Shown: positions 8,835-18,448, counted from the first letter of the stretch. The stretch is 42,509 bases of DNA from Prevotella sp. (GCA_036751585.1 DAIOUH010000002.1:1-42509); one strand, 5' to 3'. Made by a program: numbers and translations. The notes: a model not told the origin generated them from the sequence alone.

Positions 8835-10340
8835 ATGATCAATAATCGACTGACTATTATATTGTCCTTGCTGGCCATTCTGTTTGGTTCTTGTCAAGAC
8901 AAGGATTTCGACATGTCGCCAATGGCTCTTGAGGCCATTGACGGGGAACAGATAAATGGTTCGCTGAATGGTGATGACTACACCTGGACATGGCCACAGT
9001 TGTCTAATGGCCACAAGATGCTTGTTACGCTCTATACCAATGGCACACTGTCATCGTCAGACACGGTGGCTGGAACCTCATACGTCCAAAGAAGTGTCAA
9101 CACCAACACTCCTTACACATACGTGTTCAAGGTATCAGATGGCACCAACCTGTCAAAAGGCGTGGTGAAGACATACACACGTGAGGGCGCGTCACAGTTG
9201 GCAGGACTGCAAATCTCCCAGGTTGAGAAAAACGGAGGCTACGATGCCTTGGTGACGTGGACGCCAAGCGATGATGCCGAGAAGGTGGTGTTGACAGCCA
9301 CAAACGGCTCGCGCACCATATCAGAGACGTTGCAGCCTTCCGTGACGAGTTATACCATACCCGACGTGAAATATGGCGAGGAATGGAATGTCACGGCCCG
9401 TGCTGAGAATGCCAAGGGACAGTCGCTTGCCTCTGCCGCCTCGTTGAAGATAGGCAAGACGGCAATGGCTTTCCTCAGCACTCACAAGACACCGGAAGAC
9501 CTTGTGGCCAATGGCGATGACGATGAGGCTTCGGCATGGCTGTGGATGCACAAGACGTATCCGGCTGCCAAGTTCCTCTATTTTGGTGACATCAAGCAGC
9601 GTTCCGACGTTGACCCTTACAGGGTGATGTTCTGGTTGCGCGACTTGGAGAGCGGTTCGGAGGCCGACGTGTGGAATATGCCCGCGGTCGTGGAGCAAGC
9701 CACGCCAATCATTCGTAGCTGGTACAAGGACGGCGGCAACTTGCTCCTGTGGCAGCACGCCACGGCATACATCGCCACTCTCGGACGACTTGACAAGAAC
9801 ATGATGCAGAGCAACGACCATACTATCAGCATTGGCGTTGGCGGTTACAACCCTGATATATGGGCTATGGCCACGAGCCTCAATGCTGGAGGCAATGTCA
9901 TCGACTTCTCTTCACATCCTATCTACAAGAACCTTCCTGTGTATACTGCCTCTAATGGCATAAAGATGTTGGCGGTGAAAGGACCAGGATGGACAGAGGA
10001 TCACAACTGTCTTTACTTTAACCTTCCTGCCGTGCTCACAGGCAAGGGCAACCAAGACATGGCTTGCTACAACGAAGTCACGCAGACCTATGGCATCTAT
10101 CCTTTGGGTGTCTGGGATTCGCAGGTGAGCTGGATTTCACAGCTCAATGTCTGGGAGGCACGCCAAGGCAACACCGATTTCAAGGGTACCGTGATATGCA
10201 TTGGCAACGGCGGCTGCTCGTTCTCCATGAAAAACGGTGACGGGTCAAAAGACGTGAGCGCGCACCCGAAGAACAACATCTACCAGGAAACTATCCTTGG
10301 GTTGGCCAAGAACAGCCTGGAATACCTGAAGACAAGATAG
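8835..10340 (+). CDS. Surface glycan-binding lipoprotein with Fn3-like and DUF4960-like domains (SusE-position gene of fructan PULs)
   Basis: Lipobox FGSC; beta-rich Fn3-like N-half; DDDEASAWLW and YKDGGNLLLW motifs recalled for DUF4960; position after susD. Confidence 0.7.
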   Translation: MINNRLTIILSLLAILFGSCQDKDFDMSPMALEAIDGEQINGSLNGDDYTWTWPQLSNGHKMLVTLYTNGTLSSSDTVAGTSYVQRSVNTNTPYTYVFKVSDGTNLSKGVVKTYTREGASQLAGLQISQVEKNGGYDALVTWTPSDDAEKVVLTATNGSRTISETLQPSVTSYTIPDVKYGEEWNVTARAENAKGQSLASAASLKIGKTAMAFLSTHKTPEDLVANGDDDEASAWLWMHKTYPAAKFLYFGDIKQRSDVDPYRVMFWLRDLESGSEADVWNMPAVVEQATPIIRSWYKDGGNLLLWQHATAYIATLGRLDKNMMQSNDHTISIGVGGYNPDIWAMATSLNAGGNVIDFSSHPIYKNLPVYTASNGIKMLAVKGPGWTEDHNCLYFNLPAVLTGKGNQDMACYNEVTQTYGIYPLGVWDSQVSWISQLNVWEARQGNTDFKGTVICIGNGGCSFSMKNGDGSKDVSAHPKNNIYQETILGLAKNSLEYLKTR

Positions 10341-10367
10341 ACAATAATCTAATTACGCAATTTACTA

Positions 10368-11903
10368 ATGAGAAAGCATAAAACACTTGGCCTTGGATTA
10401 CCAATCGTCCTCATGGCCTCTACCATAATGATGTCATCGTGCTCAGATGACAAGACCGTTGATCCGGCGCTTGGTCCTTACGAGACGACTGAGGAGCCCA
10501 CGCCAGACGAGCCATCGGCATCTTCCGATTATAATGAGTTGTATCGTCCGCAGATTCATTACACTCCAGCTCAAAACTGGATTAATGACCCCAACGGAAT
10601 GGTCTTTGCCAATGGCACATACCATCTCTTCTATCAATATAACCCACAGGGAAACAGTTGGGGGAACTTGAGCTGGGGCCATGCCACAAGCACCGACCTG
10701 GTGCACTGGAAGGAGCAAAGCGTGGCATTGACGCAGGATGAGCTCGGATATATCTTCTCAGGCTCAGCTGTCGTGGACAAGGACAACACCGCTGGCTTCG
10801 GGGCAGGCGCCATTGTCGCCATTTACACTTCTGCCGACAAATACCAGCAGCAGTCTATCGCGTACAGCACAGATGGCATTCACTTCACCAAATACGCCAA
10901 CAATCCTGTCATATCCTCCACGCGCGCTGACTTCCGCGACCCGAAGGTCTTTTGGTATGAGGCCGACAAGAAATGGGTGATGGAGCTCGCCACGGGCAAT
11001 GACCACGTCATAGAACTCTGGTCATCCACCGACTTGAAAAACTGGAAGCACATGAGCGACTTCTCCGTGCCGCAGCAGGTTTGCAATCGCGGACAGTGGG
11101 AGTGCCCAGACCTCTTCCCGCTTGAATATGATGGCAAGCAGAAATGGGTGCAAATAGTAAGCACCAACCCTGGTGGTCCAGTGGCAGGTTCTGGCACGAT
11201 GTACTTCATTGGCTCGTTTGACGGCACTAAGTTCACCCCGGATGCTGGCTACGACTATCCCATGTGGCTCGATTATGGTGCCGACAACTACGCTGGCGTC
11301 ACTTGGAGCAATACGGGCGACAGGCGCACGTACATCGGTTGGATGAACAACTGGAACTATTGCGGCAACGTGCCGGCTTCGCCATGGCGTTCGGCAATGA
11401 CATTGCCACGCGACTTGAAACTCGCTACCCGCAATGGCAAGTTGGTGGTGGCAAGCACCGTGGTTCCAGAGGTGGATGCTCTTGGTGGCGAATGGACTGA
11501 CAACAATGGCGAGGTGGACGCGTCTAATGGCGCATGGCAAGCCAAGGCCACGGTGTCCACGACTTCCGATTGGACGATGACGTTCAGCAATGGCGCGGGG
11601 CAGTGTTACAAATTGCGTTATGACGCGCAAGAGGGCCTTATCTATGCCAACAGGAGCACGGAGACGGGCGAGACCGGGTTCTCGACAATCTTTGCCATAC
11701 CTTCCATAAAGATGCCAGTCAACACCGACAAGGAGTCGATAGAGCTCGATGTCTTCGTAGACCGCTCATCAGTGGAGATTTTCGCCGACAACGGCTCGTC
11801 ATCGATGACCAACATAGTGTTCCCGTCGAGCATTTACAACAAGATGTCCGTGTCTGGAATAAGCGATGTCAAGGTCAGGACATTGAAGAGAATTTGGAAC
11901 TAA
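10368..11903 (+). CDS. GH32 fructan hydrolase, lipoprotein (probably surface-exposed)
   Basis: Lipobox MSSC; catalytic motifs WINDPNG, FRDPKV and WECPD; WGHATSTDL and FSGSAV; C-terminal beta-sandwich (VDRSSVEIF). Confidence 0.93.
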   Translation: MRKHKTLGLGLPIVLMASTIMMSSCSDDKTVDPALGPYETTEEPTPDEPSASSDYNELYRPQIHYTPAQNWINDPNGMVFANGTYHLFYQYNPQGNSWGNLSWGHATSTDLVHWKEQSVALTQDELGYIFSGSAVVDKDNTAGFGAGAIVAIYTSADKYQQQSIAYSTDGIHFTKYANNPVISSTRADFRDPKVFWYEADKKWVMELATGNDHVIELWSSTDLKNWKHMSDFSVPQQVCNRGQWECPDLFPLEYDGKQKWVQIVSTNPGGPVAGSGTMYFIGSFDGTKFTPDAGYDYPMWLDYGADNYAGVTWSNTGDRRTYIGWMNNWNYCGNVPASPWRSAMTLPRDLKLATRNGKLVVASTVVPEVDALGGEWTDNNGEVDASNGAWQAKATVSTTSDWTMTFSNGAGQCYKLRYDAQEGLIYANRSTETGETGFSTIFAIPSIKMPVNTDKESIELDVFVDRSSVEIFADNGSSSMTNIVFPSSIYNKMSVSGISDVKVRTLKRIWN

Positions 11904-11932
11904 CGTTTTCTTACCCATAAAAAATATCATAT

Positions 11933-13651
11933 ATGAATACACTACACAGATTTGCTTTAGCATACTTGGCATCGCTATTCTGTTTCAACGTCTCGGCGCA
12001 AACCCTGAAGCCACAGGTGCTCAGCGACACGCAAGTGATGCTGCGCGTGCCCACGGCGAAGAAATACCTGCTCATTCCAGTGGAGGAGAACGCCAACATG
12101 GATCACGTGCGCGTGATAGCTGGCAACAACGTGGTGAGAGAGTTCAACGTGAGACTCGCCGTCAATAAGGCCGACTACTACGTGCCACTCGACGTCTCTG
12201 ACGTAAAGGACACCAAGAACGTTCTGCTCGACATCAATTTCAACCGCAACGATGCGGCACCCTCTGCCAGCAAGGCAGCCACTGGCGACTTCGCCTGCTG
12301 GAAGCTCATGAAGCTCAGCGACACTTTCGACATGACCAACCGCGAGGCTTTCCGTCCGCTATATCACCACACGCCGGCATACGGCTGGATGAACGACCCC
12401 AACGGACTGTTCTACAAGGATGGGCTATGGCACGTCTATTTCCAGCACAACCCATTCGGCTCGCAGTGGGAGAACATGACGTGGGGCCACTCCACATCCA
12501 CCGACCTCGTGAACTGGACTTTCGAGGGCGATGCCATCCTGCCCGATGCCCTTGGCACCATCTTCAGCGGTTGCTCGGTGGTTGACAACGACAACACAGC
12601 CGGATTTGGCAAGGGAGCTGTCGTGGCCTATTACACCTCGGCAGGGAGGGCACAGACGCAGAGCATGGCGGTGAGCACCGACAATGGCATGACATTCGTG
12701 AAGTATGCCGACAACCCAGTGCTCGTGTCAAACATACCCGACTTCCGCGACCCGCACATCTTCTGGCATGCTGCCACTGGGAAATGGATTCTCATCGTCT
12801 CGGAGAAGCAGCACATGAAGATTTTCTCGTCCAAGGACTTGAAAGACTGGAAGTTTGAGAGCGACTTCGGCGAGGGCTATGGCTCTCACGATGGCGTGTG
12901 GGAATGTCCCGATTTGCTCGACATGGGCAACGGCCATTGGGTGTTGCTGTGCAACATCAACCCCGGCGGTCCTTTCGGCGGCTCTGCCACACAGTATTTC
13001 ACGGGCTCCTTCGATGGACATAAGTTCACTTGCGACACCGACCCGTCGGTCACCAAGTGGATGGACTGGGGCAAGGATCACTATGCCACTGTGACGTTCA
13101 ACAACGCTCCTGATGGCCGCCACGTGGCGTTGCCATGGATGAGCAACTGGCAGTATGCCAACCAAGTGCCCACCAAGCAGTATCGTGCCGCCAACGGCAT
13201 ACCTCGTGACCTCGGCTATTTTGAGTATCAAGACACGGGATATGTCAGCGTGACACCTTCGCAAGAGGTGATGGCAGCCTTTGCCAAGAAGCCTACCGCG
13301 AGCCTCACGCCGGCTTGCCGCGTGGACGTGCAGCTCCATTCCAACGCCACAATCACGCTTTCCAACTCTAAGGGCGAGAAGGTGGTGATGACATATAGCG
13401 CCGCCAACCAGACATTCACCATGGACCGCACAAAGAGCGGCGACACGAGTTTCAGCACCGATTTCCCTGCCGTGACGAAGGCACCCACGCGCGGACGCAT
13501 CAAGACCTTGAGGATATTCATCGACAAGAGCAGCGTTGAGGCGTTCGACGCCGACGGAAAGATGGCAATGACCAACATCGTGTTCCCATCTTCGCCTTAC
13601 ACCACGCTGAAGGTGAAGGGCGGAAAGGCAAAGGTCTACGCGCTGAAATAA
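11933..13651 (+). CDS. GH32 beta-fructofuranosidase with N-terminal DUF4980-like domain (probably periplasmic)
   Basis: Signal peptide; N-terminal KYLLIPVEE...VRLAVNKADYYVPLD domain; WMNDPNG, FRDPHI and WECPD motifs. Confidence 0.92.
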   Translation: MNTLHRFALAYLASLFCFNVSAQTLKPQVLSDTQVMLRVPTAKKYLLIPVEENANMDHVRVIAGNNVVREFNVRLAVNKADYYVPLDVSDVKDTKNVLLDINFNRNDAAPSASKAATGDFACWKLMKLSDTFDMTNREAFRPLYHHTPAYGWMNDPNGLFYKDGLWHVYFQHNPFGSQWENMTWGHSTSTDLVNWTFEGDAILPDALGTIFSGCSVVDNDNTAGFGKGAVVAYYTSAGRAQTQSMAVSTDNGMTFVKYADNPVLVSNIPDFRDPHIFWHAATGKWILIVSEKQHMKIFSSKDLKDWKFESDFGEGYGSHDGVWECPDLLDMGNGHWVLLCNINPGGPFGGSATQYFTGSFDGHKFTCDTDPSVTKWMDWGKDHYATVTFNNAPDGRHVALPWMSNWQYANQVPTKQYRAANGIPRDLGYFEYQDTGYVSVTPSQEVMAAFAKKPTASLTPACRVDVQLHSNATITLSNSKGEKVVMTYSAANQTFTMDRTKSGDTSFSTDFPAVTKAPTRGRIKTLRIFIDKSSVEAFDADGKMAMTNIVFPSSPYTTLKVKGGKAKVYALK

Positions 13652-13672
13652 ATAATTGTCAAGCGTAAAAAA

Positions 13673-13706
13673 ATACCGCCTTCCGGCAAGGCGGTATCTA
13701 CTTTTT
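13673..13706 (+). terminator. Intrinsic terminator after the second GH32
   Basis: Perfect 10-bp stem ATACCGCCTT / AAGGCGGTAT with a 5-nt loop, followed by CTACTTTTT and preceded by an A-run. Confidence 0.7.
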
Positions 13707-13709
13707 CAC

Positions 13710-13717
13710 TAAATTTG
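13710..13717 (+). promoter_or_regulatory. Internal -7 promoter box for permease-fructokinase
   Basis: TAAATTTG immediately after the terminator, about 75 nt before the MFS ATG. Confidence 0.55.
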
Positions 13718-13791
13718 CAACACCGCGCGATTAGGTGTCGCGTGATGACAGAAAACCATACAAAAAACATCTTTAAGCTTTAAACGATACA

Positions 13792-15021
13792 ATGGAAAAC
13801 AATAATAAACAGAAAAACGTCGCGGCGCAGACTTCCAAGTTCGCCATGGTCTCCGTGATGCTTTGCTTCTTCGCCATGGGCTTCGTGGACCTGGTGGGCA
13901 CGGCTTCCAATTATGTGAAGCAAGACCTTGGCCTTAGCGACACCGTGGCCAACTTCCTGCCATCCCTCGTCTTCTTCTGGTTCCTCATCTTCTCGGTACC
14001 CACAGGCGTGCTGATGAACAAGATAGGCCGCAAGAAAACCGTCATGCTTTCGCTCGTGGTCACCATTGTCTCGTTGCTGTTGCCCATTTTCTCTGAGAGC
14101 CTCCCGGTGATGCTCGTCTCGTTCTCGCTTCTCGGCATTGGCAACACGCTCATGCAGACATCGCTCAACCCTCTCGTCTCTCAACTCGTGAAAGGTCACT
14201 TGGCTTCCACGCTCACCTTTGGCCAGTTTGTCAAGGCCATAGCCTCTTTCTTGGCTCCTATCATTGCGTCGTGGGGTGCGGCTGCCACCATCCCAAGTTT
14301 TAACCTTGGCTGGCGCGTGCTCTTCCCCATCTACATGGTCGTGGGCATACTCGCCTCCATCTTGTTGCAGGCCACGTCTATCAAGGAAGAGTTGAGCGAC
14401 AATGAGACGGAAGTGGAACGCAAGTCATTGGGTCGCGACTATATCGACACTTTCAAGCTCCTCGGCAACCCCTACGTGCTGTTGTGCTTCTTCGGCATCA
14501 TGTGCCACGTGGGTATCGACGTGGGCACCAACACCACCGCCCCAAAGCTCTTGCAGGAATATGCTGGCATGACCCTCAACGACGCGGCGTGGTCCACGAG
14601 CCTCTACTTCATCTTCCGTACGCTTGGCTGCTTGACTGGCAGTTTCTTCCTTCGCGTGCTGAAGACTCGCACGTTCTTCATCATTTCCGTTGTCATGATG
14701 GCCTTGAGCATGGCTTGCATGTTCATGGGCGCTACAGGCTCTGCCGATACCGCCAAGATTTGGCTCTATGCTGGCATCGCCTTCGTGGGCTATGGCAACA
14801 GCAATGTCTTCTCCATGTGTCTCTCGCAGGCCATGCTGTATATGCCTGAAAAGAAAAACGCCATAAGCGGCCTCATGATTATGGGTCTCTTTGGTGGCAC
14901 TATCTTCCCGCTCGTCATGGGCGTGGCCAGTGATGCCACGGGGTCGCAGCTTGGAGCCGTGGCGGTGATGACGGTTGGCGTGATTTACCTCCTCTCGTTC
15001 ATCAAGCAGATAAAATATTAA
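13792..15021 (+). CDS. MFS sugar (fructose) permease, FucP/GluP-like
   Basis: About 12 hydrophobic segments; FFAMGFVDLVG, GVLMNKIGRK and QTSLNPLV motifs; position in the fructan PUL next to the kinase. Confidence 0.88.
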   Translation: MENNNKQKNVAAQTSKFAMVSVMLCFFAMGFVDLVGTASNYVKQDLGLSDTVANFLPSLVFFWFLIFSVPTGVLMNKIGRKKTVMLSLVVTIVSLLLPIFSESLPVMLVSFSLLGIGNTLMQTSLNPLVSQLVKGHLASTLTFGQFVKAIASFLAPIIASWGAAATIPSFNLGWRVLFPIYMVVGILASILLQATSIKEELSDNETEVERKSLGRDYIDTFKLLGNPYVLLCFFGIMCHVGIDVGTNTTAPKLLQEYAGMTLNDAAWSTSLYFIFRTLGCLTGSFFLRVLKTRTFFIISVVMMALSMACMFMGATGSADTAKIWLYAGIAFVGYGNSNVFSMCLSQAMLYMPEKKNAISGLMIMGLFGGTIFPLVMGVASDATGSQLGAVAVMTVGVIYLLSFIKQIKY

Positions 15022-15049
15022 GATTAAGCAAACAATAAAATAATAGAAA

Positions 15050-15925
15050 ATGAGAAAGATTATCGGATTGGGAGAGGTTCTCTACGACGTTCTCCCGGAG
15101 GGCGCGAAACTCGGTGGCGCCCCAGCCAACTTCGCTTATCATGCCAGTCAGTTTGGCTTTCAGGCCATGGCGGTGAGCGCTGTGGGCAACGATGTGCTTG
15201 GCGACCACGCCTTGGCCACATTCGATGAGAATGGCCTGAAATACATCATTCCGCGTGTTGGTTATCCCACTGGGACAGTCAACGTCTCGCTCGACAGCGA
15301 GGGCGTGCCAACCTATACTTTCACGCCCAATGTGGCTTGGGATCACATCCCCTTCACGCCTGAGATGGCAGATGCGGCAAAGGATGCCTTGGCCGTCTGC
15401 TTCGGATCGTTGGCGCAGCGCAGCGAGGAATCGAAGACCACCATCATGAGCTTCCTTGACGCCACGCCAAAGGACTGCCTGAAGATTTTCGACATCAACC
15501 TTCGCGGCAACTTCTACGACAAGGAAACAATACAAAACGGCATTCGCCATTGCGACATCTTGAAGATCAATGATGAGGAGCTCGTCGTCTTGGGTCGTAT
15601 CTTCGGTTATCCCGGACTTGACATTGAGGAGAAGTGCCGCGTAATCTTGCGTCGCTACAATTTGCGCATGATAGTGCTCACTTGTGGCACCAACGGCAGT
15701 TACGTCTTCGCCCCACACGACTTCAAGAGCTTCCAGCCCACACCGAAAGTGACGGTTGCCGACACGGTCGGAGCTGGCGACTCGTTCACAGGCTCGTTCG
15801 TGGCGTCGCTTCTCGCTGGCAAGTCCATAGAGGAGGCGCATGAGCTGGCTGTCAAGGTCAGCGCTTATGTATGCACGCAGAAGGGTGCCATGCCTAAGTT
15901 GCCAGCCGAACTCACAAAGAAATAA
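15050..15925 (+). CDS. PfkB-family carbohydrate kinase (fructokinase)
   Basis: GLGEVLYD, GGAPANFAY, FDINLR, LKINDEE and DTVGAGDSF PfkB signatures; fructan PUL context. Confidence 0.93.
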   Translation: MRKIIGLGEVLYDVLPEGAKLGGAPANFAYHASQFGFQAMAVSAVGNDVLGDHALATFDENGLKYIIPRVGYPTGTVNVSLDSEGVPTYTFTPNVAWDHIPFTPEMADAAKDALAVCFGSLAQRSEESKTTIMSFLDATPKDCLKIFDINLRGNFYDKETIQNGIRHCDILKINDEELVVLGRIFGYPGLDIEEKCRVILRRYNLRMIVLTCGTNGSYVFAPHDFKSFQPTPKVTVADTVGAGDSFTGSFVASLLAGKSIEEAHELAVKVSAYVCTQKGAMPKLPAELTKK

Positions 15926-15959
15926 CATTCTTGCGGCGAATAGATTTCGCCCTTGCGAC

Positions 15960-16005
15960 GTTTGCCCACGTACGCGATCCATACGGTCTGCGTGCGTGGG
16001 CAAAC
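15960..16005. terminator. Hairpin between convergent fructokinase and Rpn genes (likely bidirectional terminator)
   Basis: GTTTGCCCACGTACGC ... GCGTGCGTGGGCAAAC 16-bp stem (one G-U pair) followed by TGTTTT. Confidence 0.7.
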
Positions 16006-16009
16006 TGTT

Positions 16010-17002
16010 TTAATGCTGCAAGAGCGACTTGATTTCTTCCTCTGACAGTCCTGTGTACTTTGCGACAACGCCTATTGGCATGTTGTCTTCAATCATGTTG
16101 CGAGCCGTTGCCAAAGCGTTAGCTTTCTCGCCTTCCGCCTTTGCTCGTTCGCCTTCCGCCTTTGCTCGTTCGGCATCCGCCTTTGCGCGCTCGGCATCCG
16201 CCTTTGCGCGCTCAGCTTCGGCTTGTGCTTCGCGCAGCTTCGTCTGCACCTCGTCAACCTTGTCGAGGGCCTGCTGCAGGTTCTTGTTGGCTCGTTCCAC
16301 GGCTCCCACCAATGTGCGCTCCGTGCTCACGGCATCCCAGAAATGCTCGTAGCCTGCCATCTGCGCGTCGGTGAAGGCCGACTCTTTCACTATGTCGAGG
16401 GCCTTGCACGTGTCGGGGTTCTCAAGAAGCTCGGCTGGTGCCTGGCGGGTCTTCTCGTCAATCTCCGTGAGGTATCGCAGCCATAGCACCATCATCTTCT
16501 TGTCGTGGAAGGAGTGTGGCTTGAATTTCGGCAACTCTATGAAGATGAGGTGCATCTCGTCGATGGTCTGGTCGGGATTCTTGATGTCCATCACGCCATA
16601 GTCGTGATAGTAGTCCTCGGTGTCGTCGCGGAACGTGTCGTTGACAAGGTTCAGTGAGTATACTGGCTGTATGTCCTCATAGTGTCCGCCCTTGTCCAGT
16701 TGCCGCGAATAGGCTTTCGTGGCGTTGAGCAGCACTCGCTTCATGAAAGCGGGTGTCCATATCATCTGCATTTCCACGAGAAATTGGCGTCCTCGCGTGT
16801 CGCGGCAGCGCACGTCGACGATGGTGTCCTTCTTCAATGGGTGGTCGGGTATGAGCTCCGGTTCGAGGTATTCAATCCATTCCACTTGCCCATTGTCTGG
16901 AAGTGGGAGCATGGCGTTGAGAAAACTTATCATGAGCTCCTTGTGCTCACCAAAGACCTTCTTGAACGTGAGGTCTGCCTTCGGGTCGAGATATATAGCC
17001 AT
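16010..17002 (-). CDS. Rpn-family recombination-promoting nuclease / putative transposase (PD-(D/E)XK nuclease, PDDEXK_2-like)
   Basis: YLDPKADLTFKKVFG, DTIVDVRC...FLVEMQ, FIELPKF and LWLRYL motifs; coiled-coil tail ending ARNMIEDNMPIGVVAKYTGLSEEEI. Confidence 0.9.
   Translation of the reverse strand: MAIYLDPKADLTFKKVFGEHKELMISFLNAMLPLPDNGQVEWIEYLEPELIPDHPLKKDTIVDVRCRDTRGRQFLVEMQMIWTPAFMKRVLLNATKAYSRQLDKGGHYEDIQPVYSLNLVNDTFRDDTEDYYHDYGVMDIKNPDQTIDEMHLIFIELPKFKPHSFHDKKMMVLWLRYLTEIDEKTRQAPAELLENPDTCKALDIVKESAFTDAQMAGYEHFWDAVSTERTLVGAVERANKNLQQALDKVDEVQTKLREAQAEAERAKADAERAKADAERAKAEGERAKAEGEKANALATARNMIEDNMPIGVVAKYTGLSEEEIKSLLQH
16128..16211. repeat. 21-bp in-frame tandem repeat (4 units, A-A-B-B) within the Rpn C-terminus
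   Basis: TCGCCTTCCGCCTTTGCTCGT x2 then TCGGCATCCGCCTTTGCGCGC x2; encodes heptads (A/G)ERAKA(D/E). Confidence 0.92.
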
Positions 17003-17046
17003 AGCCTACTTGTTTTTAATCTGTTGCGGACACAATCCGTATGTGG

Positions 17047-17054
17047 CAAAGTTA
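17047..17054 (-). promoter_or_regulatory. -7 promoter box for the Rpn gene
   Basis: CAAAGTTA on + equals TAACTTTG on -, about 45 nt upstream of the Rpn ATG. Confidence 0.6.
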
Positions 17055-17118
17055 TTAAGAATATTTGATACGCGTGATATTTGTCCGTGAAAAACAACGT
17101 GTCATCGTCGATTTTTCA

Positions 17119-17126
17119 TAACTTTG
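17119..17126 (+). promoter_or_regulatory. -7 promoter box for the sialidase operon
   Basis: TAACTTTG about 27 nt upstream of ATG 17153. Confidence 0.6.
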
Positions 17127-17152
17127 CATTTCACCTACAAATAACTTTTAAC

Positions 17153-18448
17153 ATGGAAAATCACTATAACAAGTTTACGGCAAGGGCCAGCAAGGCGCTG
17201 TTCTTGTCGGCTATCGGAGTGGCCCTTCTCGTGCCGTCGCAAATGTCGGCAGGCGTTTCCGTTGTGCCGGTTGAGGCGCGGGCGGTAAGTCAGCAAGGGC
17301 AGGGCATCACGGTCTTCTCCAACCGTGACGCGCAATATCGCATCCCGGCAATAGTGGAATGCAAGTCGGGCAAGCTCATTGCCTTCACCGACCATCGTTA
17401 CGACGACAGGGACATTGGCGGCGGTCGCCATCTTGACATCGTGATGAAGACAAGTGCCGACAAGGGCAAGACCTGGAGCGGCGTGGAGCAGATAGTGGCA
17501 AAGGGCGGCAGTGGCGTGGCCACCGACTTCAACTGCGCCCATGGCGACGCCGCCACGGTGGTAGACAGGAAGACGGGCAGGATATTGCTGATGTGCGCCT
17601 CTGGCGGAATAGGCTATTGGGAGTCGTCTCGCGAGAACCCTCTCATGATGGGAAGATATTATAGCGACGACGAAGGCAAGACATGGAAAGGCGAGGAAGT
17701 GACCAAGCAAATCTATGCCCTGATGCCAGAAGTGGGGTCGGCATTCTTTACCAGTGGCAGGATATGCCAAAGCAAGCAAATCAAGGTGGGCAAGTATTAT
17801 CGTGTGTATACCGTGTTGGCTACCCACGAGGGCAACAGGATATTGTATAGCGACGACTTCGGGCAGACGTGGGCAGTGCTGGGCAAGAACGTGGCTGAGG
17901 CTGCTCCCCGTGGCGACGAGGCCAAGATAGAGGAGCTGCCTAATGGCAACGTGTTGCTTAGCAGCCGCGTGATGGGCGGAAGGCTTTTCAACATTTATAC
18001 TTACGAGAACAAGAAATCGGCTACGGGTTCTTGGGGCAAGGTGGCGATGTCTGGTGCAGCCAATCATGGCGTGACGGCCAAGGGCAACGCTTGCAATGGC
18101 GAGGTGCTCTTGGTGGACGCGAAGAAGGACGGCAAGAAGGTGAAGTTGCTGCTCCAGAGCGTGCCTTGCGGACCAGAGCGAACCCATGTGGGCATTTATT
18201 ACAAGGCATTGGAGTCTCCGTCAGACTATGCCACGCCTGAGGCCATAGCCAAGAATTGGGAGGGCAGCTATCAGGTCAGCGACACTACGTCGGCTTACTC
18301 CACCATGGTGCAAGGCAAGGACGGCAGCGTCTTCTTCCTCTTGGAGGAAAACGCATTCCGTCATCCGGAGACCGAGCCCGATGATTATTACGACATCAGG
18401 TTCGTCAAGTTGAACATTGGGCAAATAACGAATGGCAAATACGAATGA
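17153..18448 (+). CDS. Sialidase (GH33)
   Basis: Signal peptide; YRIP motif; Asp-boxes SADKGKTW, SDDEGKTW and SDDFGQTW; GDEAKI (Glu), SSRV and ERTH (Arg), SAYST (Tyr nucleophile). Start moved to ATG 17153 because the upstream ORF extension contains the promoter box. Confidence 0.88.
   Translation: MENHYNKFTARASKALFLSAIGVALLVPSQMSAGVSVVPVEARAVSQQGQGITVFSNRDAQYRIPAIVECKSGKLIAFTDHRYDDRDIGGGRHLDIVMKTSADKGKTWSGVEQIVAKGGSGVATDFNCAHGDAATVVDRKTGRILLMCASGGIGYWESSRENPLMMGRYYSDDEGKTWKGEEVTKQIYALMPEVGSAFFTSGRICQSKQIKVGKYYRVYTVLATHEGNRILYSDDFGQTWAVLGKNVAEAAPRGDEAKIEELPNGNVLLSSRVMGGRLFNIYTYENKKSATGSWGKVAMSGAANHGVTAKGNACNGEVLLVDAKKDGKKVKLLLQSVPCGPERTHVGIYYKALESPSDYATPEAIAKNWEGSYQVSDTTSAYSTMVQGKDGSVFFLLEENAFRHPETEPDDYYDIRFVKLNIGQITNGKYE

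Noticed and set aside
15926..17152. Rpn gene as a bounded IS element
   Set aside because: No terminal inverted repeats or target-site duplication could be seen; the flanks look like an ordinary promoter and terminator.
17081..17152. Longer N-terminal start of the sialidase (likewise 24074-24169 for the esterase)
   Set aside because: The extensions are AT-rich, contain the TAnnTTTG promoter box and start at non-ATG codons.
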